NCBI GenBank assembly: GCA_050010675.1 | Contig: JBEKKN010000004.1 | Location: 172-64,171, forward strand | DNA length: 64,000 nucleotides | Origin: Verrucomicrobiota bacterium | GTDB taxonomy: Bacteria > Verrucomicrobiota > Verrucomicrobiia > Limisphaerales > UBA11358 | Direction: 5' to 3' | In this document: positions 35,230-44,940 of the stretch, piece by piece | Position numbering within the stretch: the first letter of the stretch is position 1 | Layout: each line of letters opens with the position of its first letter | The notes under the pieces: model-generated | Database searches by the model: none | What the model was told of the DNA's origin: nothing | What the model saw: the letters and a program-made list of their open reading frames with translations, nothing else | Translations under genes and position numbers: made by a program

Positions 35230-36033
35230 ATGAAACTTCTTTTTTCCGAACAAAATTCCGACTACGAGCATTACCAGTTTCCGTATGCCATCTGGGCCGT
35301 GCCGGAGGACGGGGAAATGCCGTCGGACATTTTTGACGCGGGCTTTTTGCCGTCGTCACGCAATCTCGACCGGTTTTATCTCTGCCGCCAGGTGCGGGTG
35401 AACCTGGCGAAGTTCCAGCCGTCGTCCGAGAACCGCCGCATTCTGCGCAAGGGCGGGGGCATCGAAGTGAAGCTCGTGCCGCGCGACAAATACGATTACA
35501 CGCCCGAACGCCGCCAGTTTTTCAAGACCTACGCCGACATCAAATTCGGCAAGGACGTGATGACCTTCGAACGGCTCGATGCGCTGTTCAGTTCGCCCAT
35601 CATCTCACACCTGCTCGTGTTCTCGGACGCGAAGACGGGCGGCGAAATTGGCGCGGCCACGCTCTATCTCGAGGGCAAGGCGCTGGCGTTTTATTACTAC
35701 GCGTTTTACGACCTGAATTATTACGCGCGCAACCTCGGCATGTTCATGATGACTTCGGCGGTGGCACTGTTCGCCGGGCACGGCGTGAAGCAGCTTTACC
35801 TCGGCACCTGCTATTCACAGACGGCACTGTACAAGACGCAGTTCGCCGGCGCGGAATTTTTCAACGGGTTCCGCTGGTCGGATGATTTGGACGAGCTGAA
35901 ATTCATCATCAAACGCGACAAAAAGGATTTGACCCAGCACCTGCTCGAAACGGACGAATACCGCGACGAATTTTACGACGGCAACCTCGGCAAGATCGCC
36001 GACGCCAGCGCCTTTCACATCAAAATCAAGTGA
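35230..36033 (+). CDS. arginyl-/aminoacyl-tRNA--protein transferase-like protein (ATE_C/Bpt-like GNAT fold)
   Basis: ...ALAFYYYAFYDLNYYARNLGMFMMTSAVALFAGHGVKQLYLGTCYSQTALYKTQFAGAEFF... resembles the Bpt/ATE C-terminal block. The assignment is from memory. Confidence 0.5.
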   Translation: MKLLFSEQNSDYEHYQFPYAIWAVPEDGEMPSDIFDAGFLPSSRNLDRFYLCRQVRVNLAKFQPSSENRRILRKGGGIEVKLVPRDKYDYTPERRQFFKTYADIKFGKDVMTFERLDALFSSPIISHLLVFSDAKTGGEIGAATLYLEGKALAFYYYAFYDLNYYARNLGMFMMTSAVALFAGHGVKQLYLGTCYSQTALYKTQFAGAEFFNGFRWSDDLDELKFIIKRDKKDLTQHLLETDEYRDEFYDGNLGKIADASAFHIKIK

Positions 36034-36062
36034 GAATGTTCCGGGATTGGGAAAATCGCCGG

Positions 36063-36515
36063 TTACGGCTTGGATGAAGACCTCTGGTTTGATCTGTTAT
36101 TACCGGATTTTGATTTCGGCTGGCCGGATTTTCGGGAAGTTGGTGAGAGGTGCTTCAACAACTCTTCCACTTTTGAAATCAATTCCTCCGGCAGATATGG
36201 CTTGGTGAGAAAAACGTTGATGCCGGCCTCAAATCCCGCCACCCGGGTAAAGTAGCTGTCCATGCCCGTCAGCATGATCACCGGAATGGAAGCGGTGGCA
36301 GGATTTTCCCGCAAGGTCCTGCAAATATCGAGCCCGTTCAACCGGGGCAGCATTAAATCCAGCACGATCAAATCCGGCAACACCGTGCGGGTTTTGGTGA
36401 GGGCGTCAACTCCGTTGGAGGCGGTACCGATGGCAAAGCCGGCGTTGATCAGGTTCCCACGAATGGCTTCAAGTTGATCCGGATCATCTTCGACGACCAA
36501 TATTTTTCTAAGCAT
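36063..36515 (-). CDS. single-domain response regulator (CheY-like receiver)
   Basis: KILVVEDDPDQ..., ...DLIVLDLMLPRLNG... and ...PVIMLTG...KP... match a receiver domain. The ATG at 36515 is preferred. The ORF continues upstream to 36671, which would add 52 hydrophobic residues. Confidence 0.8.
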   Translation of the reverse strand: MLRKILVVEDDPDQLEAIRGNLINAGFAIGTASNGVDALTKTRTVLPDLIVLDLMLPRLNGLDICRTLRENPATASIPVIMLTGMDSYFTRVAGFEAGINVFLTKPYLPEELISKVEELLKHLSPTSRKSGQPKSKSGNNRSNQRSSSKP

Positions 36516-36734
36516 AAGGATGGGTTTGATCCATACGCAAACAGGCAACAGCACCCCGGTACGAATAAAACACTCCCCGGCAATGAGCACGAACGATGCC
36601 GCTCCACAACGTTCAATTCCCTGATAAAGCAGCAAAAGTACACCGCCAAACCCGAAAACAAGCACACCCAATTTTGCAATGGCGACCTCAAAAAAAAGGA
36701 CGCTGGCGTGGCGCGGACAGGAGAAGAGAGTGAA

Positions 36735-37916
36735 TCAAAATGTCGCGGGCAAATCCAAGGGCGTTTCCGAAGCGGGCGGCGGTTCCAGCGTCAGCGGCCG
36801 GTCGTGGTCCAGGGAGTTTTCGCAGACCCGGAAGAAATCGGTGGTCGTCGCCACGCGGCGGATGTCGTGCAGGAAGTTTCCCTCCACGCCTTCGCCGATG
36901 AAGTTCATGAATTTCTTCATTCGCTGCACCTGGGCCGACTCCAGCAGGCCGGGCCTTCGCCGCGCCGAAGTGTTACCAGTCAGAAGTTGATTTCCTGCTG
37001 TGGTCAAATCGGGCGGGAACTTTGGAACACCGGCTTCGGCCACGCCGGCGGGCGTGATTTCACTGTCCCAAAGCTCGCGCATGTAAGCCAGCACGTCACG
37101 TCCGGTCGGCAACCTGATTGGTTCGCTGCGCAGTTCGGCACGAATCTGGTCGAACAACCACGGGTTGCGGATGGCACCGCGTCCAATCATCAACCCGCGC
37201 ACGCCGGTTTCCGCGAGCAGTTGTTTCGCCTGCGCTGCGCCGCGGACGTTACCGTTGGCGAGCACCGGACATTTCAATTCACGCGCCGCCAACGCGATCA
37301 GGTCGTAGCGCACACCGGGACGATACATTTGCTTCACCGTGCGCGCATGAATGGTCAGCAAATCGATGGGATGTTTTGCGAACAACGGCAGCAAGGCGTC
37401 AAACTCGGCAGGCGATTCAAAACCGATGCGGGTTTTGACCGTGAACGGAATGGTCACCGCGTGGCGCAGCGCGCCGAGGATGGCATCAATACGTTCCGGC
37501 TCACGCAACAAACCTCCGCCCGCGCATTTGCGATAAACGACAGGCGCGGGGCAGCCGAGATTCAACTCAATCGCCGCAACGGGATATTTTTGCAATTCTT
37601 TCACCGTGCGGACGAGCGCAGGAACATCGTTGCCAATCATCTGCGCGATGACGGGCCGGCCGGTGGGATTTTCCGTGATGGACTGGAGAATCCATTTATC
37701 CAGGCGTGAATCGCCGTGAACGCGGAAGTATTCCGTCCAGTACGCATCCGGCCCGCCGTAATGCGCGACGACGCGCATGAAGCTGAGCGTGGTCACGTCC
37801 TGCATCGGCGCCAGCGCGAGCAGAGGTGCCGGATCGCGAAGCAGGTTCAAAAAGGTTTCGGATGGCGTCACGCAGGTCGGGAGTCTGCCGGACGAAGGCA
37901 ATGAGGCAAGCGGCAA
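36735..37916 (-). CDS. tRNA-dihydrouridine synthase family protein with a C-terminal extension
   Basis: LAPMQDVT..., ...IELNLGCPAPVV...GGGLL..., ...VKTRIG... and ...LTIHARTV... are Dus-family blocks. Confidence 0.8.
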   Translation of the reverse strand: MPLASLPSSGRLPTCVTPSETFLNLLRDPAPLLALAPMQDVTTLSFMRVVAHYGGPDAYWTEYFRVHGDSRLDKWILQSITENPTGRPVIAQMIGNDVPALVRTVKELQKYPVAAIELNLGCPAPVVYRKCAGGGLLREPERIDAILGALRHAVTIPFTVKTRIGFESPAEFDALLPLFAKHPIDLLTIHARTVKQMYRPGVRYDLIALAARELKCPVLANGNVRGAAQAKQLLAETGVRGLMIGRGAIRNPWLFDQIRAELRSEPIRLPTGRDVLAYMRELWDSEITPAGVAEAGVPKFPPDLTTAGNQLLTGNTSARRRPGLLESAQVQRMKKFMNFIGEGVEGNFLHDIRRVATTTDFFRVCENSLDHDRPLTLEPPPASETPLDLPATF

Positions 37917-37960
37917 TGTTCAGTTGAACTTGCCGGCGGCATCGGCTATGGTGTGACTCT

Positions 37961-39337
37961 ATGACTTTGACGGAAAAAATCCTCGCCCGGGCGGCCGGCA
38001 AACCGCGCGTGCAGGCCGGCGACAACATCTGGGTGAACGCCGACGTGCTCATGACGCACGACGTTTGCGGGCCGGGCACCATCGGCGTGTTCAAACGCGA
38101 GTTCGGCAAGGACGCGAAGGTTTGGGACAAACGCCGGATTGTCATCATCCCCGACCACTATATTTTCACCGCCGATTCCAAATCGAACCGCAACGTGGAC
38201 ATCCTGCGCGATTTCGTGAAGGAGCAGGACATCGCGTATTTCTACGACGTGATTGATGACCCGAACGGCCACTGGCATTTCGACATGAGCAAGGGCCATC
38301 TCAAGCGGCAATACGGATCGCAGTACGCGGGTGTCTGCCACACGGCGTTGCCGCAAAAGGGGCACACCCGGCCCGGTGAGATTTTGTTCGGCACGGACTC
38401 GCATACCTGCATGGCGGGCGCGTTCAATCAGTTCGCCACCGGCATCGGCAATACGGACGCCGGTTTCGTCATGGGCACGGGCAAATTGCTCATCAAGGTT
38501 CCGGAAACGATGCATTTCCGGCTCGAAGGCAAGTTGCAGCCGGGCGTGATGGCCAAGGACGTGATCCTCCATTGTATCGGCGAAATCGGTTTTGACGGCG
38601 CGACGTATCGGGCGATGCAATTCGATGGCTCGGGCACCGCGTCCCTTTCGATTGACGACCGCATGACCATCGCGAACATGGCCATCGAGGCCGGCGGCAA
38701 GAACGGCATTTTTGAATTTGATTCGCGCACGCAGGAATACGTGGACGCGCGCGTGAAATTGAACGGCACCAAATCCACGTACGAACCGGTCGCGCGCGAC
38801 CAGGACCAGAAATTCGTTTATGAGCTGGTCGTGAATCTCGACCAGCTCGAACCGACGGTGGCGTGTCATCCCGATCCGGGCCAGCGCAAAAAGGCGAAGG
38901 AGATGGGGCACATCAAACTGGACCGCGCCTATGTCGGTTCCTGCACCGGCGGCAAGACGAGCGATTTTGTGGAGTTCGCGCGGGTATTGCGCGGCAAGCA
39001 TGTGGCCATTGACACGTTCGGCGTGCCGGCGACACCGGAGATTGTGCGCGATTTGCAGACGACGTATTGGGGCAAGCAGACCGTCTGGGACATTCTCGTG
39101 GGCGCCGGAGTGCAGATGACGGAGAACGCCGGATGCGCCGCGTGTCTCGGCGGGCCGGTGGACACGTTTGGCCGCATCAACAAGCCCGGCATCAACTGCA
39201 TCAGTGCAACGAACCGGAATTTTCCCGGCCGCATGGGCGACAAGGAATCGAAAGTGTTTCTGGCATCACCGATGACCGTGGCGGCGAGTGCGATTGCCGG
39301 CAAGATTGTGGATCCGCGCGAGTATCTGGGGAATTAG
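37961..39337 (+). CDS. leuC: aconitase-family dehydratase large subunit (3-isopropylmalate / homoaconitate dehydratase type)
   Basis: MTLTEKILARAAG..., ...VLMTHDVCGPG, ...GTDSHTCMAG, ...YVGSCTGGK and ...SATNRNFPGRMG are present, giving the three Fe-S cluster Cys contexts. No small-subunit gene is adjacent. Confidence 0.8.
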   Translation: MTLTEKILARAAGKPRVQAGDNIWVNADVLMTHDVCGPGTIGVFKREFGKDAKVWDKRRIVIIPDHYIFTADSKSNRNVDILRDFVKEQDIAYFYDVIDDPNGHWHFDMSKGHLKRQYGSQYAGVCHTALPQKGHTRPGEILFGTDSHTCMAGAFNQFATGIGNTDAGFVMGTGKLLIKVPETMHFRLEGKLQPGVMAKDVILHCIGEIGFDGATYRAMQFDGSGTASLSIDDRMTIANMAIEAGGKNGIFEFDSRTQEYVDARVKLNGTKSTYEPVARDQDQKFVYELVVNLDQLEPTVACHPDPGQRKKAKEMGHIKLDRAYVGSCTGGKTSDFVEFARVLRGKHVAIDTFGVPATPEIVRDLQTTYWGKQTVWDILVGAGVQMTENAGCAACLGGPVDTFGRINKPGINCISATNRNFPGRMGDKESKVFLASPMTVAASAIAGKIVDPREYLGN

Positions 39338-39355
39338 TGGTGGTGACTCCGCGTT

Positions 39356-40156
39356 TTACTGCCGGTTGAAGCCATCCAGCTCGGAAATAAAAGCGCCGGG
39401 CCCGCCTCCGCGATACCCCACCTGCCGGCCCAGCTCGTTGCCCGCGCTGTTTACCAGCACGAACGTCGGATAGCCGTCAACATTGTATTTCTTCGCGAGC
39501 GCCTGGTTGGCTTCCTTGAGCGCGTCATCCTGAGGTTTGCTACGTGGAAAATCCACCAGCACCAACTCCAGTTTGTTCCGGGCATAGGTGGCGAACTGGT
39601 CCGTGTCCAGCACTTCCTGGTCAAATCGGATGCACCACGGACACCAATCGGAACCCGTAAAGTGAAGCAATACCGTTTTATTATCGGCCCTGGCCTGCGC
39701 CAGGGTCTGGTTAAAATCGGTGCTCCAGGTCAAATCCGACGCATGGACGACGGCCGGTGGTCGGGTGCGGGTTTCGTCGGGCGGCCCGGTCGCGGCGGGA
39801 CCATAAATATCGGCCGGTTGATAATCCGTCGCGCGATAGGCGACGTTGGCCATGGCCTGTTTTTGTTCCAGTGTACTGGCGATGGCCGGGTTATAAAGGA
39901 AATGTTTTTGCAGGTCGGGACTGAGATTCTTCAACTTCGCGTTGGCCATGCCTTTCCCGCTGTTGTAGGTGAAATACACGTCGGTGGCGGACACGCTGAG
40001 CACGGTGACATTGCTGTAAATATCGGTGCCGGCTCGTAGCACCGGCAGTTGTTCGTCCGCCCGGACCGAGACCGCACCGAGCAAGCCGAGCGCGATAATC
40101 GTCGTTAAACGCAGGGTCATTCCGGCCTTTACAGCAACCTGTTTGCCAAGATTCAT
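39356..40156 (-). CDS. secreted thioredoxin-fold protein (WCPWC active site) with an N-terminal domain of unknown function
   Basis: The signal peptide is LTTIIALGLLGAVSVRA. ...VLLHFTGSDWCPWCIRFDQEVL... is present. It is the last gene in the same orientation as the cytochrome genes, after a 45-nt gap. Confidence 0.7.
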   Translation of the reverse strand: MNLGKQVAVKAGMTLRLTTIIALGLLGAVSVRADEQLPVLRAGTDIYSNVTVLSVSATDVYFTYNSGKGMANAKLKNLSPDLQKHFLYNPAIASTLEQKQAMANVAYRATDYQPADIYGPAATGPPDETRTRPPAVVHASDLTWSTDFNQTLAQARADNKTVLLHFTGSDWCPWCIRFDQEVLDTDQFATYARNKLELVLVDFPRSKPQDDALKEANQALAKKYNVDGYPTFVLVNSAGNELGRQVGYRGGGPGAFISELDGFNRQ

Positions 40157-40201
40157 GCGCGGAAAGCGCCTGCAAACGGGCAACCGCGCATCAATTGAAC
40201 G

Positions 40202-41962
40202 TCATTCCGTCTTATCGGCGGGTTCGGTTGAAGCTGATGGCGGCCGCGGTTGTTCCAGCGGATGCTCGTGTTTTTGCCATTCCGCGTAGACGCGGCCATC
40301 CCAACAGGCCGGGTTCAAGGGATAGACATCCGGATCAAAAATCACGTGATAGAAGTGCCAGACGACAATGGCCAGGCACGCCAGCAAGGCTTCGTAGTAG
40401 TGAATCGTCAATGCCACGTCCACGATCCAGCGCGGCAGGAAGGCCGTCACGTGCATCTTGAACCAGATCATCAAACCGGTGACGCCCATGATGAGGGTGC
40501 CCCACACCACGGCCCAGTATTCCAGCTTCTCCGCATAGCCAAACCGGCCGATTTTCGGTTTCTCCCGGCTCCCGCCGGTGAGATAACGCACGGCACACCA
40601 CATATCGGCGAGGTCTTTTTTGACCGGGAACAAATCCTTCACCAGGCGCCGGCCGTCCGGAGTCAGCAGCAGATAAATCAGATGATAAACGCCCACGAGC
40701 AACAGCACGATGCCGGCCAGACGATGCGTCCAGCGGCGGAACGACTCGTTCGCTCCGAGAAGTCTGGCCAGCCACGAATCCGGAAATTTCAGGGCGAAGC
40801 CGGTGAGGGCCAAAATGCTGAAACTGGACGCGAGCACGACGTGCTGCCAGCGTTGCGAAAGGCTCATACGCAAAACCGTCCGCGCGCCGGCGTGATATCG
40901 CGCAGCCGTTTTCCTCAAAAACAGCAGCGCGTTGTGAATGAACATCGCGCCCACGACAACAAAGATCAGCGTCAGATAAACCTGTCGCACCCACCCGTTG
41001 ATTTTTTCCGACAGGTCCCGTTGCCCGGACGTGGCGGCGGGGTCCACGTGGATTTTGCCGCTCACAAACATCCGGTTCGCACCGGGGTGACACTGACCGC
41101 AGGTGGCGATGAGGTGGTTCGTGTTGATCGTGGAGTCCGGATCAGAGGAAGGCAGAACTTTGTGGTAACCGTGGCAACTGGCGCAATCGGCGACCACGGT
41201 GGAACCGTAATGCGCGGCCAGGCCATGATAGCTTTCGCCGTACGTCTTCACCCGATCCGCCGGGAGATTGTATCGAGAATCCAAGGTCACCGAAGCATGG
41301 CACCGGCTGCACACGTCGGAAATCTTCAATGCCGAACCACCTTTCAACGCCTCAATTTTATGCTCGGCATGACAATCGGTGCAGGTCGGCGCATCACGAT
41401 TGCCTGCCGCCACTGCCTTGCCATGAACGCTTTTCACCCAGTCCGCAGCCTCCTGAACGTGACATTGTCCGCAGGTTTCCGCCTGCCGTGAAAAATACAG
41501 TGGCGAAACGGATGAATCGGGCGGAAGAATATCGTGCGAATCGTGGCAATCCAGGCAGGTGGCGGCGGTTTCATCGCCGGCCTTGACCCCCAAACCGTGA
41601 ACGCTGGCGCCGTAACTGGCGGTTTGCCGGGGATGGCAAATGGCGCAGTTGACCGGCGTCACGGGCCGGTTGTCGTCCGGATGCGTCGCCGTGATGTCGG
41701 TGTGGCAACTGACGCAGGTGTTCGTTCGATGGACCGACGCGGCGAGCCGGGTCTGGTCCACGAACAGCGACAGCGGCCGGCCGGCCGCGTTGGTGGTGGT
41801 CAGGGTGTTGTCGGCGTGACAAACCAGACAATCATCATTCGCCATCACCGGTGCGGCCGCGGCTCCGGCGGCGAGGACCAGCCAGAACCCGGTCAAAGCC
41901 ATTATCAGCATTCGTTGGCCATTGCCCATATTATCAATATCAGACGGTGTGACCCTTGCCAC
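40202..41962 (-). CDS. nine-haem c-type cytochrome fused to a 4-helix b-type cytochrome (HydC/FdnI-like): CbcL-like
   Basis: There are 9 CxxCH motifs: CLVCH, CVSCH, CAICH, CLDCH, CGQCH, CTDCH, CSRCH, CASCH and CGQCH. The C-terminal part has TM helices with conserved His (RWQHVVL.., WTHRLAGIVLLLVGVYHLIY.., ..LTIHYYEALL..WHFYHVIF). Confidence 0.85.
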   Translation of the reverse strand: MARVTPSDIDNMGNGQRMLIMALTGFWLVLAAGAAAAPVMANDDCLVCHADNTLTTTNAAGRPLSLFVDQTRLAASVHRTNTCVSCHTDITATHPDDNRPVTPVNCAICHPRQTASYGASVHGLGVKAGDETAATCLDCHDSHDILPPDSSVSPLYFSRQAETCGQCHVQEAADWVKSVHGKAVAAGNRDAPTCTDCHAEHKIEALKGGSALKISDVCSRCHASVTLDSRYNLPADRVKTYGESYHGLAAHYGSTVVADCASCHGYHKVLPSSDPDSTINTNHLIATCGQCHPGANRMFVSGKIHVDPAATSGQRDLSEKINGWVRQVYLTLIFVVVGAMFIHNALLFLRKTAARYHAGARTVLRMSLSQRWQHVVLASSFSILALTGFALKFPDSWLARLLGANESFRRWTHRLAGIVLLLVGVYHLIYLLLTPDGRRLVKDLFPVKKDLADMWCAVRYLTGGSREKPKIGRFGYAEKLEYWAVVWGTLIMGVTGLMIWFKMHVTAFLPRWIVDVALTIHYYEALLACLAIVVWHFYHVIFDPDVYPLNPACWDGRVYAEWQKHEHPLEQPRPPSASTEPADKTE

Positions 41963-42026
41963 TTTACGCGGCTTGCCATTTGTTGCGCCTTTTTTGACGA
42001 TGCCGGCAGCGGAGTTTCCGGCCGCC

Positions 42027-44249
42027 TCAATGCGTCAGGCGCGTGGCCATGGCGTAGATGATCAGAATCAGCAGGAAGAGGCCGAGGCCGAAGAAAAAGT
42101 AGCCGAAGGATCGCGCGATGTTCTTCCAACGCTCCCATTCGTCCTTGACGCGGTGCTCGTCCAGTTTGCCTTCCGCCACCAACCGGTCGTACCAGCGCTT
42201 GCGCTCGTGCAGCATCTCGGCCTTGGAGACGCGGCCGGAGAAGATGACCGTGTCCATTGGAAATTTCTCGATGCGGAAATGCGTGTTGAAGAAATGAATC
42301 GAGAAAATGAAGCCCGCCGCCAGCAACGCTTCGTCCGAGTGGAGGATCAGGGCCACATTGATGATCCAGCCCGGCAGGAACCGCGTGAAAAACTCGGGGA
42401 ACCACATGATCAAGCCGGAGGCGCCAATGATGGCCACACCCCAGAACACGGCGAAGTAATCGAATTTCTCCCAATACGTCCAGCGGTCGAACTCGGGTTT
42501 GGGGCCCCGGCCGAAGAACCACTTATTGTGCGCCACCAAATCGCGCCAGTCCTGAAACGTGGGCACCATGGAATCGGGGCCGAACAGGGCTTTCCAGAGC
42601 CGGCTGAATTGGAACCGGCCGCTGGCCGGGTCGCGCAATGATTTCCGTCCCTGCCAGGCCTTGCCCGCCAGCGCCGTAAGATGCAGGCCAAAATAGAAAA
42701 AGGTGACGATGGCACCGAGCCGATGCAAGGTCCGGGCAGTTTCCGGGCCACCGAGGACGTGGAAAATAACTTTGGCCCAGTCCGTGTAGTAAAACTTGAG
42801 CGGCATGCCGGTAATCACCAGCAGCAGGAAACTGGTCACGACCAAGAAATGCAGGAAGCGCTCAAACGGCGAGAAGCGTGTGAACCATTCACCGTCCACC
42901 TGGGTTTGAATCTTGGCTTCGCGGAATTTCCTGGTGTCGTGCAGATAGAGGTAGATCGCGCGCACCAGCCAACCGAGGGTGTGCAGGCCAAAGAAGGCGA
43001 ACGTGCCGATGAGCAAACCGGTCATGCCCAGAAAAACCGCGTGGAGCAACGGGTAATTTTTCCCGTCCAGCGGGTTGGCATGGGGTTGGTATTCGGTGAA
43101 TTTGATGGTGGCGCCGGGATGACATTGCCGGCAGGTGGCCAGGATGTTGGTGGGCGACAGGTGCGACCGCGGGTCAGACGGTGGCTGCACGTCATGATAA
43201 CCGTGGCAGTCGTAACAGGCCGCCACCATCGGCGCCACGTTGGGCCGGCCCAACGCCACCGCCTTGCCGTGGTAGGTGTCCCGGTAATGGGCCAGCCGAT
43301 CGGCGTGACACCGGCCGCAACGTTCGTCGCTGACGGCTTTGAAATTATTACCCTCCGGGTTCACGATGTCATGCGCGGTGTGACAATCCGTGCAGACCGG
43401 CCCGCGCGGGTCGCCTTTGGCCAGTAATTGTCCGTGGATGCTCTGGTCGTAAATTTTTTCGACGCCGACGTGACATTTGCCGCAGGTTTTGGCGACGTTG
43501 GCGTGGTTGATCGGTGAATCGCGGTCCACCGCGCGCTTGATGTCATGCACGCCGTGGCAATCGTCACACGACGGCGCGACAATCAGACCCATTTTGAGCA
43601 GCGCGCGGCCGTGGATACTTTCCATGTATTGCGCGGCCGCCTCCGGATGATTGATTTCATATTCCTTGGTCAGTCCCGGATTACTGTGGCATTTCGCGCA
43701 GGTGAAGGGCTGGTTCAATTTGAACACCGGCGAGGTTGGGTCATTGACCGGCAGAATGTCGTGCGAGCCGTGGCAATCCCAGCAATTGGCCGCCCCCGAC
43801 GCGCCGAGCAGATGGCTCACGCCGTGAATGCTCGTGGCGTAATCCGCAGCCTCCTTCGCATGGCAAGTGTTGCAATGGGGAGGTCCCAGCGGGTCGTGGA
43901 CGAGGTCCTTGATGCCCGTGTGGCAATCCACGCAGGCGAGGTGCGCGTGAACCGATTTTTGAAAGGCATTGGTCGGAAAAACCAGCGATTCGGTTTTACC
44001 GTTGACCACGCGCGTGGTGTTGGGATCGAGATGGCAGGCCAGACAATCACTGTTGGCAAACTTTTCCGGCGCGTTGGTGGAGACCGTCCCCTGGGCACAC
44101 GCGACGGCACCCGCAAATAAAAACCAAACCGGCAGACAAACCCATGCCGTCACGGCGGTCCGGAACCGGCTCATGATGGCGCCGGGGCGGGCAACCGGCT
44201 TTAAGTGATAGTGGTTGAGTGTCATGGCCGTTGTTTCATTTGCCGCCAT
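42027..44249 (-). CDS. eleven-haem c-type cytochrome fused to a b-type cytochrome membrane domain: CbcL-like paralogue
   Basis: There are 11 CxxCH motifs: CLACH, CVDCH, CNTCH, CWDCH, CAKCH, CDDCH, CGKCH, CTDCH, CGRCH, CYDCH and CRQCH. The C-terminal helices carry His (FLHFLVV, TLHRLGA..GLHLT, ILHSDEALL..SIHFFNTHF), and there is an extra terminal TM helix. Confidence 0.85.
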   Translation of the reverse strand: MAANETTAMTLNHYHLKPVARPGAIMSRFRTAVTAWVCLPVWFLFAGAVACAQGTVSTNAPEKFANSDCLACHLDPNTTRVVNGKTESLVFPTNAFQKSVHAHLACVDCHTGIKDLVHDPLGPPHCNTCHAKEAADYATSIHGVSHLLGASGAANCWDCHGSHDILPVNDPTSPVFKLNQPFTCAKCHSNPGLTKEYEINHPEAAAQYMESIHGRALLKMGLIVAPSCDDCHGVHDIKRAVDRDSPINHANVAKTCGKCHVGVEKIYDQSIHGQLLAKGDPRGPVCTDCHTAHDIVNPEGNNFKAVSDERCGRCHADRLAHYRDTYHGKAVALGRPNVAPMVAACYDCHGYHDVQPPSDPRSHLSPTNILATCRQCHPGATIKFTEYQPHANPLDGKNYPLLHAVFLGMTGLLIGTFAFFGLHTLGWLVRAIYLYLHDTRKFREAKIQTQVDGEWFTRFSPFERFLHFLVVTSFLLLVITGMPLKFYYTDWAKVIFHVLGGPETARTLHRLGAIVTFFYFGLHLTALAGKAWQGRKSLRDPASGRFQFSRLWKALFGPDSMVPTFQDWRDLVAHNKWFFGRGPKPEFDRWTYWEKFDYFAVFWGVAIIGASGLIMWFPEFFTRFLPGWIINVALILHSDEALLAAGFIFSIHFFNTHFRIEKFPMDTVIFSGRVSKAEMLHERKRWYDRLVAEGKLDEHRVKDEWERWKNIARSFGYFFFGLGLFLLILIIYAMATRLTH

Positions 44250-44341
44250 CGGGTATTTCCATGCCGCTCCGGTCGAAACACCATTCGTTCGCGGGCTACA
44301 TCCATCTGCCGCGTGGCGTAAACCGCGTTATTCCGATGGCG

Positions 44342-44671
44342 TTATTTCTTAAAAGTCCGCAGGTAGGCCACCAGACCTTTAATTTCGTCGTCCGATAAAT
44401 TTTGGGCCGGCCTCATCACGGTCTTGCCGTCTTTATCCTTGAACCCTTCCTTGATGGCCTTGAAGGCGGCATCATCCGTCAGCGCGGCCTGAACCGCCGC
44501 ATCGCTGTAGTCCTTGGCGCCCAGTTTCCGGCCCATATTGGTCTGGCCCGTGCCATCCGCGCCGTGGCAGCGGGTGCACGAAGTGCCCCAGGTTTCCTTG
44601 GGTTCAGCGGCTGAAACCGCCAGCGTGGCGGCGAAACCGATGATGCTGGCGAGCAGAATTGTTTTATTCAT
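44342..44671 (-). CDS. periplasmic monohaem class I cytochrome c
   Basis: There is a signal peptide, one CTRCH motif, and a distal Met context ...GKTVMRPAQ.... Confidence 0.8.
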   Translation of the reverse strand: MNKTILLASIIGFAATLAVSAAEPKETWGTSCTRCHGADGTGQTNMGRKLGAKDYSDAAVQAALTDDAAFKAIKEGFKDKDGKTVMRPAQNLSDDEIKGLVAYLRTFKK

Positions 44672-44940
44672 CGTCGTGGCTCCATTTTATTGGTTTGTTG
44701 GGGCGCGACCGTTCGCACCCATTTCAAAGAATAACGTCGGTGAAGCGGCTGGAATCGACTACCCGTGTTTTGGCCAACGCCGCGCATTTCTTGCGTCGCG
44801 AATAGCAATATATCTTATATGAAATAAATAAAGAATCAGGCTAAATACTGAAAGAGAGCGCCAGACGAAACCCCGCACCGCCTGATGGCCGCATTGTGCA
44901 GGTGAATAGTTACCCTCGGGAGCAGCCGGCCGGTTTCCGC

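Noticed and set aside
35054-35359. A 101-aa minus-strand ORF containing ...NHGWTRMDTD....
   Set aside because: It is a translation of the decamer-word repeat and the spacer, and it overlaps the start of the plus-strand ATE-like gene.
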